Source of the DNA: a virus
Taxonomy: Duplodnaviria; Caudoviricetes
Strand: one strand, 5' to 3'
Length of the DNA: 26,015 nucleotides
IMG/VR virus record: IMGVR_UViG_3300043781_000072
Coordinates: 1 to 26,015 of that record
The position numbers were made by a program, and so were the translations under genes. Shown here piece by piece: positions 1 to 7,449 of this stretch (its first letter is position 1; each line of letters starts with the position of its first letter). The notes below the pieces were generated by a model. The model saw only the letters and a list, made by a program, of their open reading frames with translations, was not told the origin of the DNA and made no database searches.

Positions 1-1149
1 TTAAAATTTTAGTTCATTCAAACCATCAAGCAGATTGGATTTCATTTTATCAGTAACATGGTTATAAATCTCCAGCGTAGTAGATACATCTTTATGTCCT
101 ACGCGTTCCATAATCGTTTTGATAGGCATGCCCATTTCTGCTAAAAGTGAAACATGTGTATGTCTCATATAATGAGTGGTTACTGGTTTATTAATTCCAG
201 CTAACTTGGCGGCATTTTTTAGGCATGTTTCGAAAGTTCGATAGTCTATTGGCATGCCTTTTCGATTTGTGAAGAGATATCCGCGATCAATGTATTCGGA
301 GAATTCATTTTTCATTAATTGGTTTTCATATTGTACTTTCTCTATGATTTTGATTGCTCTTTCTGAAAGGGTGACATTTCGGAAGGCCATAGATGTTTTC
401 GGGAAAGTTCGGATTGGCTCATCTGAATATTTTCCATCTCGATGGTCAATAGTTCCATCAACCTTAATATAGCTGCCGAAAAACTCTGAATTTCTTAAAG
501 CAATCAACTCACCATATCGTAAACCGGTCAAAGCCTGAAATTCAACCATATCTGCTTTTCGTGTATTCACTGATTTTGAGTTCAATTGATCAATCAGGGC
601 CTTAAGTTCCCATTTCTCAAGGTATTTTTCCTGCTTTTCTTTTTGCCGAAGAACCAGATCCAGTTGAAATTGGGGGACAACAACTTGGTAGTTATCCAAT
701 TTTGCCTGCTTCATAACTGAAATTACTAAGGCCTTTATCTTTTTTGTGTAATTAAGAGAATATTTTTCCTCATAATAAGCCCTCTCTACAATATCTCTTA
801 AGAACGATTCATCAATTTTCCGAAGTATCGTGTCTTTTCCAACTAATCGCTTAACAGTTCCAATGGAGGTCAGTACAGAAAGATAGGAGGATTTTTTCAC
901 TTTTATTTTATATTTTTCTAAATATCTTTCTAATGCTTTTTCAAATGTAATATCTGGTTCTTTTGGTGCATTTATTTTCTCAGTAATTTGTTCCTGCAGC
1001 AATTTGGCCGCCTGATTTTTGGCTTGATTAGATCTGCTGGTCAACGTTACACTTATAATTTTTGTTTTTTCGGTAGAAGGATCGATATATCTTTCTCGAT
1101 ATCGATAAACTGTTTTTCCATCTTTTCCTATTCGCTCATTGATCCACAT
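1..1149 (-). CDS. int: Tyrosine recombinase / phage integrase
   Basis: Motifs TGLRYGEL, PKT, HYMRHTH and VGH...TTLEIYNH. GGAGG lies 7 nt before the ATG at 1149, preferred over the ATG at 1155. Confidence 0.96.
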   Translation of the reverse strand: MWINERIGKDGKTVYRYRERYIDPSTEKTKIISVTLTSRSNQAKNQAAKLLQEQITEKINAPKEPDITFEKALERYLEKYKIKVKKSSYLSVLTSIGTVKRLVGKDTILRKIDESFLRDIVERAYYEEKYSLNYTKKIKALVISVMKQAKLDNYQVVVPQFQLDLVLRQKEKQEKYLEKWELKALIDQLNSKSVNTRKADMVEFQALTGLRYGELIALRNSEFFGSYIKVDGTIDHRDGKYSDEPIRTFPKTSMAFRNVTLSERAIKIIEKVQYENQLMKNEFSEYIDRGYLFTNRKGMPIDYRTFETCLKNAAKLAGINKPVTTHYMRHTHVSLLAEMGMPIKTIMERVGHKDVSTTLEIYNHVTDKMKSNLLDGLNELKF

Positions 1150-1359
1150 GTTCATTCCTCCTATTTTCTGCTAAAAATACATAAAGGACTTTAACAGTTT
1201 TGATTTGTATGCATATCCGCTAAGCTAGGGAAATGGATGTACATTTTTCTGCCTAATGATATATTTCGGCTTGTGTATTATCTAACTTTATCTACACATC
1301 AGTGGATATTGAAAAGATTAGAAATCAATACATTCGGATAGATTTTTTTCCAGTGTATA

Positions 1360-1373
1360 CAAACGTATGTTCT
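1360..1373 (-). promoter_or_regulatory. Putative LexA (SOS/Cheo) box upstream of int
   Basis: Minus strand reads AGAACATACGTTTG, which fits the Firmicute GAAC-RNRY-GTTY consensus. Confidence 0.6.
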
Positions 1374-1383
1374 TGTTCGGGGT

Positions 1384-1404
1384 AAAAAGAAAAGCCCGAA
1401 GGCT
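1384..1404 (-). terminator. Intrinsic terminator of the leftward accessory operon
   Basis: Minus strand AGCC-TTCG-GGCT (cUUCGg tetraloop) followed by TTTCTTTTT, just after the stop codon at 1411. Confidence 0.8.
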
Positions 1405-1410
1405 AATCTT

Positions 1411-1713
1411 TTATAAGAGTTTAATTGCGGTGATTATTACACCAGCAAGAGTAATTGCAGTGCCTATTAACCATCTAACGTTTGCAGCATGCTGAGTTTT
1501 TAATTCGAGTTTTAAATCTTTAAACTTATTGTCAATTTTCAAATCTAGAATTTCTAATTCTTTTTCTAATTCTCTTTTTGTTACGTAACTATTCATTTTC
1601 TCTCCAACTCCTGAAAAATTGTCATTGCCATTGTATGCATCTGAAGGATGAAACTTAACAACTTTATCTTCAAATTTGGTAATATTATGGGGTGTACATG
1701 CGGGATTAGTCAT
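1411..1713 (-). CDS. Hypothetical coiled-coil protein with C-terminal transmembrane helix (100 aa)
   Basis: Heptad-like YVTKRELEKELEILDLKIDNKF, then hydrophobic WLIGTAITLAGVIITAI. The ATG at 1713 overlaps the end of the upstream gene (ATGACTAA). Start uncertain. Confidence 0.75.
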   Translation of the reverse strand: MTNPACTPHNITKFEDKVVKFHPSDAYNGNDNFSGVGEKMNSYVTKRELEKELEILDLKIDNKFKDLKLELKTQHAANVRWLIGTAITLAGVIITAIKLL

Positions 1714-2239
1714 TTTTAAATTGCCTAAATGGTAACTTAGTATCAAGCATGACATTATTTAAAGAATAAAACAGATTATCAATATCCTCTATAGTCGAAA
1801 AGTCTTCAATGGAAAAGAAAATTTTTACTGATAGAAATGCTTTTATGAAGTCGTAATATGGCGTTTTTCGATCTCCCTCGAATCCGCCTTCCATTGGAAC
1901 AGATTTCTTATCAATCGTTAGCAATTCGAAATCTATCACTTGAGAAGATGAATTTTCAGCGATTTCCGAAAGTAGCATATTATAGAATTTAATTATCCGA
2001 TATCCCTTTCCAGTAGAGTAATTGGTTTCATAAACACAAAAATTAATGAATAATGGATTACTAGAATGTTTAAGAATATAATTTAATCCAACTATTTCCA
2101 TAACCAATGAAAAGGTTTTTGATGAATTGATATCAATATTGGCTATTTCTTGTGTTATCGTCTTTCCGTCTAACTTTATTTCATAACTTGATAAAGCAGG
2201 CAAATAGGGAATATTTCTGATCCGTGTTTCTAAGTTCAT
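1706..2239 (-). CDS. Hypothetical protein (177 aa)
   Basis: Long AT-rich ORF with GAAAGGA SD. No family recognised. Confidence 0.75.
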   Translation of the reverse strand: MNLETRIRNIPYLPALSSYEIKLDGKTITQEIANIDINSSKTFSLVMEIVGLNYILKHSSNPLFINFCVYETNYSTGKGYRIIKFYNMLLSEIAENSSSQVIDFELLTIDKKSVPMEGGFEGDRKTPYYDFIKAFLSVKIFFSIEDFSTIEDIDNLFYSLNNVMLDTKLPFRQFKND

Positions 2240-2291
2240 AAAAAATTTCCTTTCTGAAGGATTTTATTTTCATACTATTTGATTGTGATAA

Positions 2292-3515
2292 TTATTTTTC
2301 GGTTGATTTAATCAAGCATCTGTTTACTCGATTGTAATCCGTTGGCATGACGCCAGTTGGTAGAAAGTACCAGTTATTTGAATCTTTTTTGGAAATTTTG
2401 TCAGGTAGTAGTTCTAGAGCTAATAGAGCTCTGTTTTGATTAAAAGATGGACATTTCCTAAAAAGTACTGATTTATAATTGATTTTTTCTTTTATTGCTT
2501 GTTTGTCAATTATCCAATTTCCTTTTTTATCAAATGAACCAAAAGACCACCAAGGGGTTTGAGAGGGGGTTAACATCAAGCGATGACAGCCAAAAGGATT
2601 AGATGTCCACTCAGAAGCACCATAACAGAAATTAGGATCATTAAATTTCAACTTGTCTCCAAAGCAGATATTTATTTTTCCTAGTGACTTGTTATCAATT
2701 GTTTCGCCATTGATAAATACAAATGTGGATTTCCACGAACCAACTAATTTAAAAAGACGTTGAAAATCAAGATAATGCTTTGCAAAATAAAAGGCCTGAT
2801 AGATATTATTACCTGAGTCATCAGTATCCTCAACAAAACGATCAGAATTTTTTGCAAGATACAAGGCTTTTTCAAAATTTTTAGATGAAGATTTTCCAAA
2901 GCCGATAGAAATATTCCATTGATCATATATTGAAAAATCATCAGGATTGGAGATTTGTTTATTTGGCTCTGAATCTTGTTTTTTTGATTTTTGATTATTT
3001 TTTGTAGCTAAATCTGTCGATTTTATTAATATAGCAATTGAACTTATTTTTTCGATTTGAGAAGGAGATAATTGACTATTGAATTCTAAAAATGAGTCTT
3101 TGAATTTATTTATGTGATTATCTTTTGCTTTATCAGTGGTAAGTGAATCAATCTTTTTTCCAAGTTTTTCTGCCATTCGTTGAATCAGTTTATCGATATA
3201 TAGTGATTTGTTTTCCAAGAGATCAGCATGCATTTCTTCTAAATCAATGCCAGACACAGAAATTTTATTAGAGTAAATGCGGACTTGTTTGAGCACATTT
3301 TCAAGATTACTAAGCGCTGTATCGTATCTGGAAAAAAAGACCTTTGGCTCGGTAGTTTTATTTATGAGTGAGTATGAATCATTGATAATTGACAAATTTT
3401 GTTCCATAACCTGTTTAATGAGAGCTAATCCAAATGTGCCGGCTTGCTTTGATATATTTTTTTTTGGAGATCGAGATTTTTTTCGTCCTTTTTTAAATAA
3501 ACCAAACAATCCCAT
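2292..3515 (-). CDS. Hypothetical two-domain protein (407 aa) with Cys/Trp-rich C-terminal domain
   Basis: GAGGTG SD before MGLFGLFKK (ATG 3515). Helical N-half, low-complexity linker, C-half with ICFG..FCYG..PFGCHR..KCPSF. Confidence 0.8.
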   Translation of the reverse strand: MGLFGLFKKGRKKSRSPKKNISKQAGTFGLALIKQVMEQNLSIINDSYSLINKTTEPKVFFSRYDTALSNLENVLKQVRIYSNKISVSGIDLEEMHADLLENKSLYIDKLIQRMAEKLGKKIDSLTTDKAKDNHINKFKDSFLEFNSQLSPSQIEKISSIAILIKSTDLATKNNQKSKKQDSEPNKQISNPDDFSIYDQWNISIGFGKSSSKNFEKALYLAKNSDRFVEDTDDSGNNIYQAFYFAKHYLDFQRLFKLVGSWKSTFVFINGETIDNKSLGKINICFGDKLKFNDPNFCYGASEWTSNPFGCHRLMLTPSQTPWWSFGSFDKKGNWIIDKQAIKEKINYKSVLFRKCPSFNQNRALLALELLPDKISKKDSNNWYFLPTGVMPTDYNRVNRCLIKSTEK

Positions 3516-3611
3516 CGATTTCACCTCATATCTTTCAGAAATAGATAAATTTTTAAAATTTAACAACAGCAATAGAGAATTCTTATTGATAATGTCCATT
3601 ATTTGACATTG

Positions 3612-4346
3612 TTAAGTTAAAGGTGCCAATCCGTGATCATACCACCAATCAGAGTCAGCTTGTTTGCCAGCGTTACCGATTTTGGTTTTTGTCTTAGGTT
3701 TCGTCCCATCAAGAATAATATTATTGATTGCATATCCATTAGCTGCAGAATAGAGGATAGTACCGTCAGCACTTACATCGTATGTCCAATTGTCAAAGTT
3801 AATCGAATCTAAGTTTGCTTTGTTGAAATCTACACTAATAGCTAGATTTTTGGATTCATTCCCCTTATTGTCAGAAAAGGTGGCTGTAGTTTGAATAATA
3901 ATGTCTTGAAACTTGCTTCCTTGCAATTCTTTTAAGATATCAGCGGCTTCTTTCGGAAAAGTCATCGCAACGAGAGAATTTTCACCCAGGGACATTTCGG
4001 TCGGATAACAAATAATTAAGTTGTCACCATCTATCCTAGTTTTAGCATTATTGATTTTTGCAGTAGAGATTGCTTTAGCAGTTAGTTCTTGGTTTGTCAA
4101 ATTCTTTTTATTGTTATCACCAGAAGTTTGTGCCTTATCAGAGTCAGTTGAAGTGGAAGATTTAATGTTAGTCATAAAAAAAGAAGACATTATAATAGAT
4201 AAAATAAGAACGGCAAAAGATATACCAATTACTCGCAAACTTGCTTTTTTTCTCTTTTTTCTAATTAATGAAAAAATTAGCATTATAAAACCAACAAAAA
4301 TAGCTATAACTGAGAAAACTCCCATAATTGCAGTAATAGTCCCCAA
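3612..4346 (-). CDS. Membrane-anchored extracytoplasmic protein, candidate superinfection exclusion
   Basis: TTG start with GAGGAG SD, two N-terminal TM helices flanking RKKRKK, S/T/D linker and polar domain. Function is inferred from position in the lysogeny module. Confidence 0.7.
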   Translation of the reverse strand: MGTITAIMGVFSVIAIFVGFIMLIFSLIRKKRKKASLRVIGISFAVLILSIIMSSFFMTNIKSSTSTDSDKAQTSGDNNKKNLTNQELTAKAISTAKINNAKTRIDGDNLIICYPTEMSLGENSLVAMTFPKEAADILKELQGSKFQDIIIQTTATFSDNKGNESKNLAISVDFNKANLDSINFDNWTYDVSADGTILYSAANGYAINNIILDGTKPKTKTKIGNAGKQADSDWWYDHGLAPLT

Positions 4347-4418
4347 ATGAAAAACTCCTCACATAATTTATTTTCAACTCCTATTTTATAAATATCAACT
4401 TGAAGCTCAAAGACCTGC

Positions 4419-4829
4419 TTAAATATGTTTTACATTTTTAACAATAGTATAAGTATGCGCTAATTCTTTGATAACGTCTTGATAGTTCGGATCTAGGCCA
4501 TTTTGTTCGATAAATTTCATAAAGTCGAAATCTTGAATATCCATGCCGGTCATGGATACATAAATCTTCAGTAATTCTGAAAGCATAAAGCGTTCGGCCT
4601 GATATTCCATTTTTGCATGAAAACCGTCTAACAAATATAGACTTTGGAGATCGTCGTGAAGTATCCCGTGTCCGGCTTCATGAAGGATCACTTTAATTTG
4701 TGAAAGATCATCCAGTTGGTCAGAGATGAAGATTGTTTTATATTCTGTTAAATAATAACCTGGTTTGTTAATAGGTACCAACTGAAGAATAATCCCATAT
4801 TTTTCTAGAAGCGCTTTCATTTCACCCAT
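4419..4829 (-). CDS. ImmA/IrrE-family metallopeptidase (anti-repressor protease)
   Basis: ILHEAGH (HExxH) and EYQAERF motifs, directly downstream of the repressor. Confidence 0.92.
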   Translation of the reverse strand: MGEMKALLEKYGIILQLVPINKPGYYLTEYKTIFISDQLDDLSQIKVILHEAGHGILHDDLQSLYLLDGFHAKMEYQAERFMLSELLKIYVSMTGMDIQDFDFMKFIEQNGLDPNYQDVIKELAHTYTIVKNVKHI

Positions 4830-4846
4830 TTAAAAGCACCTCGCTT

Positions 4847-5245
4847 TTACTTGCTGTATTTACCCTTAAGATAGGCTCGAATTATTTCACGGTCATGATC
4901 AGTAATTGGTTCCCCATCAAAGCTCATGGCATTATCAAGCATTTTATCAAGATCTGCGTCACTAAAATCGCCTTTTCCTTTTTCGCCATCGACGTGGATA
5001 TTATCTAATTCATCGCTTGTGATATAACCAGCTAATTCCATGAGTTCAGAATAAGAAGTTTTAGAAGAATAAGCATTTGCTAGTCTCCTTAAAATATCAG
5101 CAGAGGGTTCAATTGGTTTTCCGCTTCTCGGATCAATACCTTTGATAAGGTATCTCAAATAATTGTGGCTGATCCCCGTTTTTTCTGACATATCGCGGTA
5201 AGAGTCTTTCCCTTTAAGTTGTGCGATTTTTTCAGACAAATTCAA
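4847..5245 (-). CDS. cI: CI/ImmR-like XRE repressor without S24 autopeptidase domain
   Basis: N-terminal HTH and C-terminal DLDKMLDNAMSFDGEPITDHD motif typical of ImmA-paired repressors. Divergent from cro. Confidence 0.9.
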   Translation of the reverse strand: MNLSEKIAQLKGKDSYRDMSEKTGISHNYLRYLIKGIDPRSGKPIEPSADILRRLANAYSSKTSYSELMELAGYITSDELDNIHVDGEKGKGDFSDADLDKMLDNAMSFDGEPITDHDREIIRAYLKGKYSK

Positions 5246-5264
5246 TTATCATCACCGCCTTTAA

Positions 5265-5358
5265 GTAATATCTATATTACATAGTGTAAATCGGAAATTA
5301 CAAAAAAGATATAAAAAAACCGTACTACATACTTTACATATAGTAATTCATGTGTTAC
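5265..5358. promoter_or_regulatory. Lysis-lysogeny switch with four GTAM-N8-TTAC operators
   Basis: 5265-5280 GTAAtatctataTTAC, 5286-5301 GTAAatcggaaaTTAC, 5322-5337 GTACtacatactTTAC, 5343-5358 GTAAttcatgtgTTAC. Confidence 0.85.
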
Positions 5359-5361
5359 TAT
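5333..5361 (+). promoter_or_regulatory. Early lytic promoter (PR-like)
   Basis: TTTACA-17 bp-TACTAT with an extended TGn, overlapped by operators 3 and 4. Confidence 0.75.
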
Positions 5362-5391
5362 TCATTTAAGGATGAAAGCGAGGTGATGAAG

Positions 5392-5631
5392 ATGAAAAAT
5401 AATTTAAGGGAGTTTTTGCAATATAAAAATGTTTCTCAGGCTGAGTTGGCCGAATTAACAGGACTTTCACGCCCTTTTATTAATCGCTTAACTAATGAAA
5501 AAGACGGCGTGGATCCGCAGCAAAGTACTATGGAAAATATTGCTAATGCGCTAGATTCTACGGTATTTGATATTTTTTTTAATCAGAATGTACAACTTGT
5601 GTTACAAACAAAAAAAGCCAATCAGAAGTGA
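5392..5631 (+). CDS. cro: Cro-like XRE HTH regulator (79 aa)
   Basis: VSQAELAELTGLSRPFINRL HTH, GAGGTG SD before ATG 5392, divergent from cI. Confidence 0.9.
   Translation: MKNNLREFLQYKNVSQAELAELTGLSRPFINRLTNEKDGVDPQQSTMENIANALDSTVFDIFFNQNVQLVLQTKKANQK
5590..5605. promoter_or_regulatory. Distal fifth operator inside the 3' end of cro
   Basis: GTACaacttgtgTTAC, same consensus as the switch operators. Confidence 0.65.
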
Positions 5632-5651
5632 TATGAAAAGGAGCTGACGAA

Positions 5652-5831
5652 ATGAAAAATTCAATAGTAATCATTCAAAGCAACTCAACTTGTGGCAGCA
5701 AATTTGAAGCTAAGGATATTGATGAAGCAAAAAAAATCGTGAAAGAACTGATCAATGAAGAAACAGTATCAATCACGATTAAGCAAAAAGAATGGGATAA
5801 AGGGAACGCTACAAGAGCTTTTTCGCTTTGA
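5652..5831 (+). CDS. Hypothetical protein (59 aa; not in ORF track)
   Basis: AAGGAG SD, then MKNSIVIIQSNSTCGSKFEAKDIDEAKK...RAFSL*. Confidence 0.7.
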   Translation: MKNSIVIIQSNSTCGSKFEAKDIDEAKKIVKELINEETVSITIKQKEWDKGNATRAFSL

Positions 5832-6078
5832 TATAGTCTATTGCTTTGGATTCTAAGAAACAATTGTACGGTCTGCTAGCTTCACAGAAGAAAATTCTGT
5901 CTTTGAGTGAAACAGCCGACAGCAGGGTCTTGCTGATCATCTCTTCATTTTTTTCGGTTACAAAGAGCCAAGCGTTGTCATGCAACTCACAATAGTCTTT
6001 CGCCAAAGATAATATTGCGCTCTCTAAGATGCTTTTATTGTTGCTGTTTATTTCAAAAGAAACAATGTACGTAGTCAT
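5809..6078 (-). CDS. Small Cas2/VapD-like ferredoxin-fold protein (89 aa)
   Basis: Pattern YIVSFE...AILSL...NAWLF...I...L...DRIFF resembles prophage Cas2-like proteins. GAGGTG SD and its own extended -10. Confidence 0.6.
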   Translation of the reverse strand: MTTYIVSFEINSNNKSILESAILSLAKDYCELHDNAWLFVTEKNEEMISKTLLSAVSLKDRIFFCEASRPYNCFLESKAIDYIKAKKLL

Positions 6079-6102
6079 AATAATCACCTCGCTTTCGAGT
6101 TG

Positions 6103-6111
6103 ATTATATCA
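6103..6111 (-). promoter_or_regulatory. Extended -10 promoter for 5809-6078
   Basis: TGATATAAT on the minus strand about 25 nt before the ATG. No good -35. Confidence 0.7.
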
Positions 6112-6133
6112 AATGACAGAAGGAGGCGACGAA

Positions 6134-6388
6134 ATGAAAACGATTATGGAACAGATCAAAATTAAACAAGCCCCTACACAGAGCGAAGACTTAAAGCGAA
6201 ATTTGATTTATTCATCGCTTCAGCTAAATGAACACTTATCTAAAGAACTAGCTGATCTGCAAGAATTGAAAAATTCTCGTATTACGAACCGAATAGTTCG
6301 GTTAGCTGAAGCGACTGCGAAAATCACAGAGTTGGCATTAGTTCAATTCTCTGACGTTGATGCAGTTATCGAGAATACGGTGAGCTAA
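6134..6388 (+). CDS. Hypothetical helical protein (84 aa)
   Basis: AGGAGG SD 7 nt before ATG 6134. Confidence 0.75.
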   Translation: MKTIMEQIKIKQAPTQSEDLKRNLIYSSLQLNEHLSKELADLQELKNSRITNRIVRLAEATAKITELALVQFSDVDAVIENTVS

Positions 6389-7162
6389 GGACATTAGAGT
6401 GAAGGCGGTAATGGCATCAGTTTCTGATTTTGGATTGTAAAGTTTCGGTTCATGTGCCTGTGGATTTCTATACATGTAAACGATTGTGTTGAGTAGACTT
6501 TTTAGCCCGCTATATTCTGATTTTTCAGTGAGTGTTTGAAGGAGATTCCCTCTTATCAATATAAGAGGTTGCTTTGATCGAAAAGCTTGATCAATTAATG
6601 AATTTCCATCTGAATCAAGTTCTGAAATTTGTCTGACTCGATTCAATATGCCTTTGCTGGCTTCAAATATGGCATGAAAATAATTTTCTCTGAATAGTTC
6701 TTCTCGACAGTACTCATAGATTTTTGGATGAATTTCATAAAGAGAAAGCTTTTCTTTAAATGAAATCAATCGTTTCTTTGCATCGGAGAAGGTTTCGACT
6801 ATCTGTATTTTATGAATCTTACCAGCATCATTAAGTTCATAACCATAAAATATCAGTTGTGAATTAATTTGTTTGAGGCAAGAATGCCAATAACCATCAG
6901 GTTGGCTGATAAAATCTTGGGGCTTCATAACGTATTCAATCACCTGAAAAAAAGGCTTTGCGCTTTTTGTCTTATGGCACCGATCCAGAATGCTTTCATT
7001 AATGCGGATCCATTTAGTGCTGGTGTAGGGTCTGTTATTCAAAGTATCAAAATCTGAAAGTTGCAGAATTTTGAACATCGTCGTGATTTTTGAACCTGTA
7101 AGAATATCAGCTAATATCCTTGAAATAGACTCAACAACGCTATTATCAATTGGTTTAGTCAT
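6338..7162 (-). CDS. TIGR02391 (Ymh) family HEPN-domain protein, candidate anti-phage RNase
   Basis: YFHAIFEASK...DGNSLIDQAF...TEKSEYSG...YRNPQAHEP signature including the HEPN RxxxxH motif. AAGGAG SD. Confidence 0.85.
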   Translation of the reverse strand: MTKPIDNSVVESISRILADILTGSKITTMFKILQLSDFDTLNNRPYTSTKWIRINESILDRCHKTKSAKPFFQVIEYVMKPQDFISQPDGYWHSCLKQINSQLIFYGYELNDAGKIHKIQIVETFSDAKKRLISFKEKLSLYEIHPKIYEYCREELFRENYFHAIFEASKGILNRVRQISELDSDGNSLIDQAFRSKQPLILIRGNLLQTLTEKSEYSGLKSLLNTIVYMYRNPQAHEPKLYNPKSETDAITAFTLMSLAHRILDNCINVRELN

Positions 7163-7182
7163 AATTCACACTCCTTTTATGA

Positions 7183-7191
7183 ATCATATCA
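7183..7191 (-). promoter_or_regulatory. Extended -10 promoter for the TIGR02391 gene
   Basis: TGATATGAT on the minus strand 20 nt before the ATG. Confidence 0.65.
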
Positions 7192-7223
7192 AAAGGAAGT
7201 GCGAACTAAAAGGAGGTGGCGAA

Positions 7224-7379
7224 ATGAGCAGAAAAACCATGATCGAGATCCTGAGTGAAGCAAGATGCGATATTCCAAAATCTTTTTGGGATAGCTGGTC
7301 AGACGAAGAACTAGCTTTGCAAGTCAATTTAGTCAAAATTTGGATGTGTCAGCATGCACAGGACGCAGCGTTCAACTAG
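7224..7379 (+). CDS. Hypothetical protein (51 aa)
   Basis: AGGAGGT SD, then MSRKTMIEILSE...WSDEEL. Confidence 0.75.
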   Translation: MSRKTMIEILSEARCDIPKSFWDSWSDEELALQVNLVKIWMCQHAQDAAFN

Positions 7380-7449
7380 TTCCTAATTATATTTTACGGC
7401 AGGATCATTGCTACAAATACTTTCATCAAAATACAAAGGAGGGTTTCAA

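Larger units (their letters stand above)
5638..7230 (+). repeat. Three dispersed direct repeats AAGGAGSYGRCGAAATGA (RBS plus start codon)
   Basis: 5638-5658 AAGGAGCTGACGAAATGAAAA, 6120-6140 AAGGAGGCGACGAAATGAAAA, 7210-7230 AAGGAGGTGGCGAAATGAGCA. Confidence 0.7.

Noticed and set aside
1-60. attL/attP core
   Set aside because: The window starts at the integrase stop codon, so the site would be outside it.
1205-1245. Hairpin TGCATATCC/GGATGTACA and a 17-codon minus-strand ORF in the int leader
   Set aside because: The stem has a mismatch on either strand and the ORF has no SD.
3560-3610. Short palindromes between 3515 and 3612 (AATGTC-N7-GACATT)
   Set aside because: AT-rich and single-copy, with no U tract or matching sites noticed elsewhere.
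5809-6078. CRISPR-Cas locus suggested by the Cas2-like gene
   Set aside because: No repeat-spacer array and no other cas genes were seen in the window.
7386-7415. Additional minus-strand TATAAT at 7386-7391
   Set aside because: No TGn extension, and the best -35 (TTGTAG) is 19 bp away, too weak to call.
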